Below the pieces are notes generated by a model that did no database searches, was not told where the DNA came from, and saw nothing but the letters and a program-made list of their open reading frames with translations. This document shows, one piece after another, positions 28,785-43,078 of a stretch of 64,000 nucleotides of DNA. Position numbers and translations under genes: made by a program. The first letter of the stretch is position 1. Each line of letters starts with the position of its first letter. This DNA comes from the human T2T-CHM13v2.0 reference genome, Homo sapiens, in NCBI RefSeq assembly GCF_009914755.1, contig NC_060930.1; one strand, 5' to 3'.

Positions 28785-28955
28785 TTTTTTTTTTTTTAAA
28801 GACAGGGTCTCACTATGTTGCCCAGGCTGGAGTGCAGTGGCTATTCACAGGCATAATCATAGCAAACTATAGCCTCAAAACCTGCTCAAGTGATTCTCCT
28901 ACCTCAGCCTCTTGCTGAATAGCTGGGAATACAGGCATGTGGTACAGTGCTGGGC
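28785..28955 (-). mobile_element. FAM (fossil Alu monomer)
   Basis: Contains gtgcagtggctattcacaggc, the 7SL-derived segment that FAM retains and dimeric Alus lack. Confidence 0.8.
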
Positions 28956-30291
28956 TAATGTCTTTTCACTTCTTACAGGTGTCTTATGAAGCACAGAAGT
29001 CCCATTTATCTACTTTTTCTTTTGTTGTGTGTGCTTTCAATGTTATATCTAAGAATACTTTACTTAACCCAAGATCAGGAAGATTTACTCCTAATGTTTT
29101 ATTCCAAGAGTTTTATAGTTTTGTTTCATGTACTTAATTCTATGATCCATTTTGAGTTAAATTTTGTGTATGGTTAGGGGTCCAACTTCATTTTTTGCAG
29201 ATGGATATCTAGTTGTCCCAGCACCATTTGTTGAAAAGGCCAGTTTTTCCCTGTTGAATGGTTTTTGCACTGGGTCTTTTTGTTATCAGGAAAAGCCACG
29301 GCCTTATTTTGAGGAAACAGTGCATTGAGAAGGCCTTGGGAGAGCGGGTGTCAGGGCTCTGGGACCACTGGTAGTGGCCACTGAGCAGATCACTCAACCA
29401 CTTCCCCTGGCCGTAGTTTCCTCACCACAGCAGGGCCACAACTGTAATTTATTTGACACTTTACAATTCAAAAGTGCTTTTGTTCAAGCTTTGTAACAAT
29501 CCTAGGAGAAACAGAAACTAGGTACTGAGGTTCAGAAAGATGGAGGTGCTAAAAGCCACACTGCCTAGGAGCAGCAGAACCAGGACTCCAAGTGAGTCCC
29601 TGGATGAGGCTCACCACAAAAGCAGGATTCAGCCACTCCCTCCGTGAGGGTCTCATAAAAGCCAGATGCTCTGAGGAGAAACACATACGCACACACAGAC
29701 ACAAACAATTGCCTACGCTTTCCAGAGATTTGTGGATTGCAGATTAAGAAACCTTAAACTAGATCTTTCTGAAGATCTTCTCTGACATCAAGTGTCTGTA
29801 CTCAAAATATTTTTAGGTATAAGTTCTTATCCCATGGTATTTGCAGTCTTTTTCAAGGGACCAGTCAAATTTGAACAACAATGAGAATGTTGTGAGTTTT
29901 TTCTCTTTCCTTGACTAGTTTTTCATTTATAGACATGCCGCCTAAACAGCTCCAAGAAGGAATAGCTAGTATTTGTTAAGTACTCAGTACCAGACACATG
30001 CATATCATCCTAGGCATTTTGCGAGTATATATTATTTAATCCTAAGAACAGGTAAGTATTTCCACTGACACAGAGAAGCTACAGCAAGTGGTGGCACTAA
30101 ATGTTATATTCGTGGTGAACGTTCTATATACATTGAATAGATTATATGTGGATATGTTACATTCACCGTGAACCACACATCCTTGCATAAGCACCTTAAC
30201 CATTAGAACATAGAATAAGGAAGCTGTACAACATGAAAGTTTTCACTTATGCTAGGGAATCCAATTTAGATCACTAATAGGTCATTATTAA

Positions 30292-30848
30292 TTTTTTTAT
30301 TATACTTTAAGTTTTGGGGTACATGTGCACAGTGCGCAGGTTACATATGTATACATGTGCCATGTTGGTGTGCTGCACCCAGTAACTCGTCATTTAGCAT
30401 TAGGTATATCTCCTAATGCTATCCCTCCCCCTACCCCACAACAGGCCCCGGTGTGTGATGTTCCCCTTCCTGTGTCCATGTGTTCTCATTGTTCAATTGC
30501 CACCTATGAATGAGAACATGTGGTGTTTGGTTTTTTGTCCTTGTAATAGTTTGCTGAGAACGATGGTTTCCAGCTTCATCCATGTCCCTACAAAGGACAT
30601 GAACTCATCATTTTTTATGGCTGCATAGTATTCCATGGTGTATATGTGCCACATTTTCTTAATCCAGTCTATCGTTGTTGGACATTTGGGTTAGTTCCAG
30701 GTCTTTGCTATTGTGAATAGTGCTGCAATAAACATATGTGTGCATGTGTCTTTATAGCAGCATGATTTATAATCCTTTGGGTATATACCCAGTAATGGGA
30801 TGGCTGGGTCAAATGGTATTTCTAGTTCTAGATCCCTGAGGAATCGCC
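30292..30848 (-). mobile_element. Young primate L1PA (PA3-5-like), 5'-truncated 3' end
   Basis: Close match to the reverse complement of the L1PA 3'UTR and ORF2 end (ttattatactttaagtttt...tctagatccctgaggaatcgcc). Confidence 0.93.
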
Positions 30849-31142
30849 TAGAGCACATAACTCATGGAAAAGAATTAAGCACTGTTAGACTAAAGATAGT
30901 AAATAAGATAGGGGAGCATGGGGGAAAGGATGGTTGTGTGTTTGCAGATTTTTAGGTAACTGCAGAGAAAATTAAGCATATGTGTTTGATATTCAACATG
31001 CTACAGGATAAGATTAGCTGATAAAATCTAATTGGTTACAAAGTGTTTTACAATATAAAGTAACAAATTAAGTGGTTTCCTTAAAAAAAGAAAATCTGAA
31101 CAGTACATTGTGACTGATCAATTCCTAAAGCTTAGAAGTGTT

Positions 31143-31490
31143 GGCCAGGCACAGTGGCTCACACCTGTGGTCCCGACACTTTGGGAGGCTGAGGCCAGAG
31201 GATCAGTTGAGCCCCAGAGAGCAAGACCAGCCTGGGAAACACAGCAAGGTCCTATGTCTACAAAAAAAATTAAAAGTAAAAAAAATTAGCCGGCTGTGGT
31301 GGCACATACCAGTGGTCCCAGCTACTCAAGAGGCTGAAGCAGAAGGATTACTCGAACCCAGGAGGTTGAGGCTCCAGTGAGCCATGATCATGACACTGCA
31401 CTCCAGCCTGGGCAACAGAGCAAGACTGTCTCAAAATGAAACGTAGGTTAAAAAAAGAAAGAGAGAGAGAGAGATTATTTTTAAGTAAAA
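31143..31490 (+). mobile_element. AluJ with extended, degenerate tail
   Basis: Dimer with J diagnostics; TSD ctaaagcttagaagtgt (31125-31141) / ctaaaggttagaagtgt (31491-31507). Confidence 0.9.
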
Positions 31491-31532
31491 CTAAAGGTTA
31501 GAAGTGTGATTCTGAAACACACGAAAACATGG

Positions 31533-31755
31533 AAGGTCCAGAGAGCTACAGCCCACAGGCCAAATCCGACCTACCATCTGCTTTTGTAATTAAGTTTTAT
31601 AGGTCATAGCCCTATAAACATTCATTTGTTTACAGGTCTTCTATGCTTGTTTCCACACTATGACAGCAGGCTTGAATAGCTGCAACAGAGTTATTTCCCA
31701 TGAAGCAGAAAATATTTACGATCTGGACCTTTACAGAAGAAGCTTCCAAACCCCC
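31533..31755 (+). mobile_element. MER58A (hAT-Charlie)
   Basis: ctacagcccacaggccaaatcc...aaaatatttacgatctggacctttacagaa. Confidence 0.8.
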
Positions 31756-32029
31756 AAAACTAAACCATAGTTATAACTGGGAGCCAAAATGAGTAGGGTT
31801 TTGGTTGTGGTTGGTTTCTATCATTATCTTTTTCTCTATCTTCTCAATACTATGGGATGATTATGAAGTATGCATCCAATCACAAAGAGAGTTGCATTTT
31901 CAGAGGCATGCAGACCAAGTTAACAGTAAAAATCTTATTTCACCTAATAAGGAGAACAAAAAATCAGACTGATGAAAAAAAAAAAAAAACCAAGCCTACA
32001 AAATACTGCCCAAACTCGCTTTCTTGAAA

Positions 32030-32957
32030 GATTTTCTTCAGTGGGCTCCCACATCGCATATTCTTCCAATTTTCTTTCCACTCGATTGGCATCAAGTCTC
32101 CAGGCTCTTTCTTGTGCCAGTGCCTGCAGGTCTACCAGGTCCCCTGCACCCCGACTCTAGCCCTGGGCTCAGTGCTGAGGGTTTTCTCCCCGACCCACCC
32201 TCCAGCTGTGTCATCACTCAGTCCGAGGTCTCAATTCACCATCTGTCCAAATGGGCCCAAAGGCCCACCTCCAGGGCACCTCTTGGAGCAACAGCCTCTC
32301 ATATGTTCACATGTCACACTGAGATGGCCCCAAATAGGGTTCCTGAAGCTGTCTCCAAAGCTCTTCTTTCCCATGGCCCCTCCCTGTCTGTAAATAGCAC
32401 CCATTCCAAGCAAAACCTAGAAATCTTCCCTAACACTTCCTTCCCTGCACAGTTCACTGAAATTTAACCAGTTCCCACCACTTAGCCCACACCTTAATTT
32501 AGTCTGGCATCACCTTTCATGGGAACCACTGCAGGAACCTCTAACTAGTTCAATTTGAGTCCTCCCCCACCTGGCACCCTGGCACTTGACCTCATAACCT
32601 ACCACACTCATCCCCCACTACGACGATGCAGCCTCTCCGGCCACCCTGCGGTCCTAGTCTGGCGTCAGCTGGTCCTGCCTGGAGCCTTCACGCTGCTGAC
32701 CCCTCTGTATGCTGTGCCCCTCACCACTGCCCTGCCTCCCTCGCTAAAAACATCCCGTCCTTGCCGTTCTATCCTTATCCACCCGTCTTTATCCTGCTTC
32801 ATTTCACGTTAACTTTAAACTTTTATCTGTTTACTTATTTATGATCTATCTCCCCAATTAAAAGGTAAGCTCCGTGAGAGCTGGGTTTCATCTTGTTCTC
32901 CGCAGTGTCTCCCATGCCGGAAGCACGCCTTGGCACAGTATTTGCTGAGTGAATGAA
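32030..32957 (+). mobile_element. L2 LINE 3' region (fragmented)
   Basis: C/T-rich sequence ending gtaagctccgtgagagc...tatttgctgagtgaatgaa. Confidence 0.65.
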
Positions 32958-34582
32958 GACAGTGAGTAAACTAATGAGAAATCTAAATGTCAAATATACA
33001 AACATCAACACAAAAACACAAAAACCAGTAGGAAAGAAAATGAGCTATGAGAATGATAAAACAAGTTTGATAATCTAATATTACTGAAATAAAAGGTAAA
33101 ATTTCAAAGGGCAAGACAGATAAAACTCTCTATAAATTCCAAAGCTCTAGCATAACAATAACAATAGTTTTCACAGTTACGCTATATAAAGAGTCAGAAC
33201 TCAGAGTGCAGAAGAAGAATCTTAGACATACTCGAAGTGCAGGCAGGAGGAGATAGTTAGGAAAATGCGCAAAGACACTGCGATGGGATATCATTCTTAA
33301 GGCGCAGTCAGGGCAGCCTCAGGGGCGAGTAGCAAAGCCAGAGAAATGAGAGAAAGATTTAAAGTCATAGGAAGCAGGAAATTTAAGTTCAAACATAAAG
33401 TTAATTTATCAACATTCAAAGATACAAACAGATACCCAAAGAATTGTCCACATTTATTTGTGAGTGGTAAATCATAGCCTTTCTTAAAGGAAACAGAAAA
33501 TTAGAATTAGTCCTTTAAATGGGCTGAAAGGGACCAGATATAGATGCTGAAAGTTCACGTGTCAATTCTGTAGTCTACAAAATGGAATGTAAATCCCATG
33601 TGCTTTTAAAGCTGCATCAGGGAAGGCCTGAGTTCACTGTGCTAGACCTCACAGCAAATAAAACAAATGACAACAATCATTCCAGGATCACTGAAGCCCT
33701 TTTACCCCTCCAAACTCATTATAACTAAATGTTAATTTTATAACTATGTGAAACTGAACAGAGATGAAAGAGGGCATGCTAACCAAGTAGGATAAGATAA
33801 ATGCCACTATTCACATATAATATATTGACTAGTCATAATAATGACAAACTATCACTTATATTAGATGATTACAAGAGAAAATACAGTGTGTCTGATTAGT
33901 GGAGTGGTTGTCATGTGTTGGTAACTACAGTGCTCACAATTTTACATATTTAAAATGACCACCAAAACTGAATCCTTGAGGTCAGAAATGTCACACATTG
34001 TGACTCTTTTTCCAAGAAGCACAGCAAGTAACATTCCAGTTCCTGAAGCCAGGATCTTTGATGATCCTGAGACACTGCTGATCAGGCACTATTCTGGAAC
34101 TCTCTGCAAGGCCCACTCCCCTCTTGGGGGGTTTATAGTGTTCCAATTCCTCGCCTTGGTCCTGAGTCTCTCATAATGGACTAGCTCTCTTCCTCAAATG
34201 GTAGTCTGGGAGGGGTAAATTTCAGGTTCAGGGAGAGAGGCGGCTATAGTCATCAGGAGTCTAGTGTGAGTGGTCTGCCAACACTGACCCACTGCGTCTC
34301 CCTCATATTTCCTCCCCACATACTGTACTCTTACTTCAAAATATTAATACAATTAAAGAGCACACATTTTTAAAATTCTGAAATCTACTGAACGCAAAAG
34401 CTGGGGTAAATGAAAAAGATCACAAACAGCCCCTACCCCACTAGACTGTAAACTCTACAGCAGCAGGGCCCTTGACTCTGTTCACCATTAAATCCCCAAG
34501 AATCATACAGAGGTAAAAATATATCTGTAATTTTAAAACAGAAAGCCACGTGAAGAGAAAGTTCATTTATTTATAAGAAATT

Positions 34583-34935
<353 letters not shown>

Positions 34936-36368
34936 TTATATATTTAATTATCCTGTAAATGTTAATAGAACTATTATCTTCTAAAGTGTAAATGAATTAA
35001 GGGAAGGTATTTGAATAACAATTTTAGTAAGGAAAAACATTTCAAACACAGCAGAAGAGAAGTCCATAACACATTAATGAGTAAGGCTGAACACATTACA
35101 GGCTTTTCAGCTGAAACAAGAAGAAGAATATATGTAGGAATGTGAAGACAGGCAAAATTGCTTGTAACATACGTTGTTTGCCTCTTCAGTCCCGTATGGT
35201 TCAGTGGGGCGGCCTCTAAGTTCCAAGTGATTTGTCCTTTCCAGTTTGACTTCCTCCCATCTCAGAGTCTGGGTGTTGCCCTTTCCCTCTACTCAGAACA
35301 TTTTCCCCAGGGTTCACTCCTCCCTTCCTTCCCCCAAGAGGCCTTCCTGGACCTGGCCATCTCTACCTTCACCTCATCCTCCCCTGGCGTGCTTCACCTC
35401 GGAGTTCTCAGTCCATTGGACTCTAAGTACAGAGAAAGCATCTTCACTGGTTTAGTGAGCTTGTAAGCTCCATGAGGTTAAGGGCTCTGTTTGTTTTTTC
35501 TCATTGCTCCCACCACTTAAAGAATACCTGCCACATGGAGAGTACTCAGGAATATTACTTGAATAAATAAGACAACATTCAGTCTGAAGTTTAGGCATAT
35601 AATTCCCCAATGATTTCAGTACACAATTAAGAATGGAACAAACTTTATATATGGAGCAAATTCCATTTAAAAAATCTCAATGAACGAGCCAAAGTTTCCT
35701 GACTACAAATGTGGTGTCGGAAAAAGAGATCTGTCTGCAAAAGAACTACATGTGGTAAAAGATAACCAGAGAACAGGAAATCTTTTCCTCTAACATTTGA
35801 TTTCACAGACACAAGAGGAGGCTCATGATACCAGTGAGCTGGAAATGCCTAAGACCACACAAGCAGCTGCACTGTTTACTGCTTCTCTGTAAGTGAAAGT
35901 TATTAATCAAGGACAGCAACAATAAAACCTTACGTTCCATCATGAACCAGTTTTTCCCAGTTAGCAGCTCAGCAGAGCTGACATTGACTTAGCAGCTGGG
36001 GCCAGATGCAGATCTTTCCCCCGCCCCCGCCCCGCTCCAGAGCTGGATAGGAGTCAGGCAGGTGCAGACCTAGAAGCACTGCGGCTCAGTGGGCAGGGAA
36101 GGAATGGAGAGAAGGCGCTACCCGACCAGGAGCAGGCCGCAGGCTGTGATTCCAGGAAATCCAAAGGCGACAGAGACAGGGCCTTGCCTTGCCCTCCTGT
36201 AGCCTGTAGCCTGCCTTATGGGTGTCGAGTAGACAGAGGTTTGAAGAGGCTACAAAAGGGAGGCCACAGGGATTAAGAAGGGCATCCTGAGATGGTGACA
36301 AAGTGTGGGGTGGGAGGATAGAGATCCAAAGGAGGGACAGATGACATGGACAGATCAAAGTAGGGTCC

Positions 36369-36568
36369 GCAGGCACAGGGAGGGGAACAACACACACTGG
36401 GACCTGTCAGGGAGGTGGAAGGAGGGAGAGCATCAGGATAAATAGCTAATCCATGCAGGGCTTAATACCTAGGTGATGGGATGATAGGTGCAGCCAACCA
36501 GCATGGCACGTGTTTACCTGTGTAACATACCTGCATGTCCTACACACGTATCCCAGACTTAAAGAGAA
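36369..36568 (+). mobile_element. Heavily 5'-truncated L1PA (PA8-13-like) 3' end
   Basis: gggaacaacacacactggg...gcttaatacctaggtgatggg; exact TSD aaagtagggtcc at 36357-36368 and 36569-36580. Confidence 0.9.
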
Positions 36569-38131
36569 AAAGTAGGGTCCATGGGGGTGGGCAGGGGTGG
36601 GGGATAGGGACTGGGGGAGTGGGGGTTTGGAAAGGTGAGGATGAGACATTCTAAAGGGGGCAGGGATCATCAGCATGAGCAAAAGGAGAGACAAATGCAC
36701 CGGCAATGTTTGGGGAATAAAGTGCTATATTTATGTAATGTAAGTAGAAGCTATTCTGGAGCAAATTATATATGCCAGTCTATAGTTTGTTCAGTGGGCA
36801 CTGGGGAGCCAGCAGTGGCTCTGGAGCAGAGGACAGCATCACTTTATCTGGGCCCTTTCACCAGTGCTATACTCCCAGCCTCTTCTATTTGCCTCCAGCC
36901 CAGCCCAAGGCCCAGCTCTATAGTTCAGAAACTATTCTTCCTCACACTCATAACCCCAATTTTGTATGATTTTTCCTTATTCTGTTGCAATTATATTTTT
37001 CTTCAAAAATGTTTATAATTACAATTTGGAACATCATACAGTCACAGGGTTGTTACTCCAGAGTGACAAATGCTAACCAGACTAAACAAATGTGACATCT
37101 TTGTTTGCCTTTGTATGCTCAAGGCATATTAAGGTATAGTTCCACTAGAGTTTTGAAATGCTCAAAGTAGACTAAGGGCTCTCACAGGGAATCAGAACAC
37201 TGATTACACATGACAAGGTAACAATCCCCAAACGCACCCTGCTCCCAGTGACTCTGATGAGAGGCAAGGCTGCACACACTGCTTCTGTCTGTCCGTCCAC
37301 TCTCCACACTGTGGGGGCCATGGCTTTCCATCTCTCACCCCTACTGCTTAGCACACAGGAGGGCTGGAAAATATTTGTTGAAATAATGGTATTGATTTTT
37401 GTCATGTGTTTACATTTTAGCCACAGAGGCGAATTGGAGCTCTCACAAGTCAGAGTAGAAAGCATATGCAGGGCTCTGTTCTCACAGCACCCTCCAGCTC
37501 TTGCTTTTTTTCTAAGGACTCAGCCACTGCTCTGGAAGACTGACCGTGCTTTAACAACCTCACCAAGTCTGCCAGCTCTTCTGACTTACTCCAAAACGAA
37601 GAACAGCTGCCCCAGCAACATTCCTTGAGTTTGAGAATCTTCATTTCTAAAATGTTGAGTTCTGCACCCCGCACCCTGACTTCAGTTATAACTCCGTGGT
37701 CACAATTCTTTGCCACTTCCACAACCTCTGAGAACCTCTGGTGCCATTCCTGAAAGCCTTTCATTCTTTTTCAATTAAAAAATATATAATTTTAAAATAA
37801 ATTCTAATTTGTTCTAATTAGTTAAAATTATTTAAAACAAATATTAAACTAAGTCTCCTGGGTTTTTGTTTTTTTTTTTTTTTTTAGAAAATCTTAATTT
37901 AAAAATACTTTGTGACCCCAATTATCAGAAATTAGCCATATTAGATGCCTTTTCTCTGTCATTTTACAGTTTATCAGTTACTGATAAATACAGAAAAATC
38001 TGTCATGATTTCTGTATAAGAAAATGGCACCAGAAGTAACTATCCGGGTCTTTTCTAGAGAAAAACTCACTGAGATTCTTTACAGATAAACAGAAATAAC
38101 AAATCAACTTACTTAATGGAATTTATTATAG

Positions 38132-38609
38132 CAGGAATACTTAACCAAGGATTCACAGGGTCCATGGATAAAACTCAGGAGAGCACACAGATTTGGATTA
38201 AAAAATTTTAAAATGCATGTCTTTATTTTCACTAAATTCTATCTGAAATTTAGAGTTCCCTTCTATTTTGAATGTAAGCCACAATCCTCAGTAGTAATAG
38301 TACTTGTGACCTTTCCATCAATAGGGACAACAGCCATTTCAACACGACTATACAGTCGCCGCAGATGCCTGGAGGCATCACTTCTGCCCATCACTGCTTA
38401 AGTTCCAATGTTTACCAGGCCCACTGCCAGGTCTTGTGCTATAATCACAAACCTGGTTTTTAAGTATATTAACAGATTAAGAGTCAGTTTCCTTGGCAAT
38501 TCTACACATTTGGTTTTATACCTCTAAAAACATTATTCTGAGAATATCCATACACTTCACCAGATTGCTGAAGGAGTCCATGGCGTAAGAAAGGTTAAAA
38601 CGTCCCCTG
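38132..38609 (+). mobile_element. Charlie4a (MER80-type) hAT element
   Basis: Termini caggaatacttaacc and aaggttaaaacgtcccctg; internal aaaacattattctgagaa...cttcaccaga. Confidence 0.8.
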
Positions 38610-40355
38610 TAAATCAAGTGGTAGTGACAAAATTTCAGTATTTTAGAATGTGCTTAAAGAAAAAAAGTCACTAAATCTCTCTTACCACCTATATCCAGCC
38701 AGATAAATAAGCTCTCATCAGCCATTTTGAAATCTGCACGTGTGTGACCTAAAAGCATCATTGCTACATAACCAATTGCTCAATGGTTTGGGTCATTCAA
38801 TAGGTTCCTGACCTCAATGACAAAGCTCCAAAAGTACATAAATACACTAAGGCATTAACATGACACTAGAGATGTACACACAATCAAAAATTAAACAATT
38901 AAATTAGCTTTTGAATGCATTTTGTAATGTTTATAACTTTAATCTGAGTTACTTTGATCATATATCTACCAAGATGAGTTAACATCCCCAAGCTCTGTTG
39001 GCAGAGAGTGATAGCACAGGAGTGAATAAAGGGACTGATTATATGAGGGGTATTTAGCCAATGGCCTGTACCCCTGGGGATTAAAAATCAGGGGATTAAA
39101 AATATTTGTTGGAAGATAATCAAGAGATAAATAGAAGATTTAATGTTTGCTGCCAGTTACCACCCAGATTATAGTAATTTGGGGACAAATAATGAAAAGT
39201 CACTTCAGCTGCATATAAAGAGACTGAAACACAGTAAACAACATACAGTCTTCATTATTATAATATTATTATAAAGTTTTACTTTCCTTTTATGAATACT
39301 ATAATTACATTTAAAATGGTCACTACTATAACATTAAAGTAGGAAGAGAGCAATAACCTTGGCATCTAAATAGCTAATAATTCTTTAGTTAATAGATAAA
39401 ATGACAGAACAACAACAAAAAAAAGAGAACTTACTGAAATGCTTCAATGACTGAGACGCCACAACATGGCCTGTGGTTACAACAATGTAAGTCTCAACTA
39501 TCCATATGGGAGAGTTCATTTAAGACAAGAAGTAGAGCTAAGGCTTCTAGGCAGGACAAATAACTCAGTGTTGGGAGCCTTCAATCCCACTGGCAAGTGG
39601 TATATCCAAGTCTTTGTAAGTCACAAAACAAGAGAGGCCAAAGCAACATCATATTATGTGGATAATAAGCTGTTTTCCCTCCTTCCTCACCTCGATTTCT
39701 CTTGACCTCTCTCCTCCAAAAATAGCAGATAGTAAATTAATTTTAGAAGGAATATTAAAAAAAAAAAACCTAAGCTGTGAGAGAAATGTAAAAGAGCCTT
39801 TTTAAAATAAGTAAGCCCTCATGAGATACCTACATGTTTCACTAGAAACATTTTATTGAAAGACTTGGAAAGGAGGGCCAGAAGCTCAAAACCAACAAGA
39901 ACTGTGTGATACACTGGCAAGCAAAAGGAAAATGGGAAAAGGTGCCTTTAACAAAATGGAGTAAAATTAAAATAATGCTCAAGAAAGAACAGAGTGGGGT
40001 TCAAGCACAGAAATGCAAAATAAATAAGAACAGCAACCAGATACAGAGAGAAGGCTGCTAGAGAAGTAGGCACAGGAGGGATGCAGAGGTCCGGGAAAGG
40101 AACAGCCACACGTTTTCTCTCTATTTGCTGTGGAAGACACAAGGCAGGTTCCAAGTCTCAAACTGATGTTTGAGACAGGCAGGTAGGAACACTGGTAAAT
40201 ATCAAGGAGCCTCTTGATCTAACAGACAAACTAAAATGTCGACAAATTGCTAAGAATGACTGGCATTCAAGAAGTCAGGAGTGATACTGTAGAACTACAT
40301 GCACTATGATGAAAATGCCAACAGATTACTAATGCCCATAAAAAGGTAACCAATG

Positions 40356-40697
<342 letters not shown>

Positions 40698-41964
40698 TCA
40701 AACTGCCAGGATATTGTTAGATATCATTTTCATAGTGAAAAATCTAGCAACGTCTATGGCAGCACACCACATAAAGGAATAAAGATAATCCCATGGCAGA
40801 AAGTAAAGTGGCTTTGTGAGAATCAATACCGCCTCACGATTTTTACAAAATTCTTTAAGGGATAAATAAGCATATGGGCAAGGAAGAATGAGGGGGAAAC
40901 CCATGGACATAATTCACCTAGACTGTCATAGGCCTTGACAAATACTGTAACAAAGTGCATTTCAGAAAGCAGTAACACTGACTCTGGGACTGGGAGAATG
41001 TTCCAGCTCCCAGTCACCAACAGCAGACTCTGCTGCATCTCCAGCACCTCCCACCCCACTATAATCAGGAAACTTCGGACAGAAAACTAAAAGTAGGAGT
41101 AAAACATACAAGCTGAAAAAGCAAAATATACAAAGTAGATCCTGTCAATGGCCAGTTTAGAGATTATTCTTACTTAATGTTTTAAAAACAATCTAGGAAA
41201 GGGAATACACTATGAAAATCTCCTAAGGCTCTAATGTTTTTCCAGAAAAGTAGAAAGTCACATTAGGAATAGGAAACTGCAAGATCTCTTGGGGCTACCT
41301 AAAGGACTTGAAAAATGGGAAGAACATTCAAATTGGACCATTTGAAGACAATGCATTTCAAACAGGAGGGGAACAAAGAAAACTGTACCCATAGTCTCAG
41401 AGTACTGAATATCCTCAGTTTCCTAAAGACACCAGGCTTTGGTTTGACACTAACAAGCCAAGAAAATGTAGTCTCAACAAAGAATAAGCAGAGTAGAAAG
41501 CAGAGTCCCTCTGCAGAAGCCTGACGTTCCTGCACCCCTAGGAGGCTGTGAAGTCCTGGTAACCACACTTTGAGATGGTCACCTGGAACTCGAAAAATAT
41601 CTACACAACTCAAGAAAAATGTTCCAGGAAATACAGTGGCTAGTATATGAAGAATGTCACCAAAAAAATTAGACTTCTTTGGCTTGTGAACTCTAGGTCA
41701 GGAAGTAGTACAATGATTTAGGCTTTGTAAAATAATAAAGAATATGGATAGAGATCATAGATCAGCCCATTATGAGTCCAGAAGACCTGAATGAGGGTAT
41801 ACTCTTTGTTTAAGTCTGATTAAATTAATAGAAAAGAAGGTTGTCTTCAACTGACCAATATTTGAAGAACAATGTGCTTATTCTGCTCCATTTGGAGGAG
41901 GCCAATCTCTTGAGAAGCAAATCATACATACATAAAACCATGAATTTTAGAGGCAAATTTAATA

Positions 41965-42062
41965 ACAGGAACTACCTCTGTCTTGTTCACCAGTATGTGC
42001 CTAACCCAGTGCCTGGCACATAACGGGAACACAGCAATGTTTCTTGAGGGAATGAATGAATA
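41965..42062 (+). mobile_element. L2 3' end
   Basis: tgtcttgttcacc...gcctaacccagtgcctggcacata...gaatgaatgaa. Confidence 0.7.
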
Positions 42063-43078
42063 GGAGCAGGGTGTTCCAATATCATCCAATATGGCAAAGA
42101 TCCTCAGAGAAGACAGTATTTCCAAAAGGCTTCTTCCTCTGTAGATGCCTTTTTCTAAATTCCATGTTTAAGCTTCTAATGGAGAATAATTTCAATAATA
42201 ACAATGATGTAACAAACCTGATATAAGCATATGATTAGGAAATTCAGCAACAGATACTATAAGAGGAAAAAATTAATGATAATAGTATACTGGTATTAAT
42301 ACTTCTGGTATTAATGTTTAGTAGTATTAAACATTACTTTAAAACTAGCATCTTTCTAATAGAAACAAAAGGTATTCACCACATAGTTTCCAAAATGGAA
42401 AAACATGAATGCTGTGTTTTCAACTTTTTCATATTTAAATTGCTGTGCAATACAGTATTTAGATTTTATGGGAAAACACACCCTACACTGAACAGGAGAT
42501 ATATCTTATTTTCTTTTGAATATTGCTCATGATTATTCTACTACAACGCAGGTCAATGTCTGTTTCCTTGGGATCTGCGGGCTGATGAGAAACAAGCAAA
42601 GCACCTGAAGACAAGAGGCTGGAAGAGAATGATGCCTGTACCTATGGTACTGTAGGAAAGCAGAGGAATTGAGAAATAGAAATTAGTTCAAAGTAAAGGG
42701 GAAAAAAATCACTATCCAAGTTGGAGTTCAGCAAAAGAATCACAAAGCAGAGGAAGAAAAATACTAATTTGCTATGAAAAGTAATTCCATTGGGTAAGTG
42801 AAAAGATGCTTGTGTATGTATGAATGATGAATGAGAAACAAGAAGAAATTGACATAGAAAGTTACTTATGACAATTAACTAAAAATCCATATTTTGCCAA
42901 TAACCAACAGGCAAAGAAATGAGCCTCTCTAAGCCTCAGCTTCTTTCTCCTAAATACCATACCCTGACTCTTCTATGGAATTCAGGATGCCACACAAGTA
43001 TCTAGCAAACATAAATTTGAAGTTCAGAAGAAGCAAGGAAAACCAACATTCAATGTTCAATTCAAAATAGCCAGTGAG

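Noticed and set aside
32024-32812. 147-aa and neighbouring ORFs; similar ORFs at 8624-9016 and 60680-61148
   Set aside because: They overlap L2 relics or are chance ORFs with no recognisable domain or exon structure.
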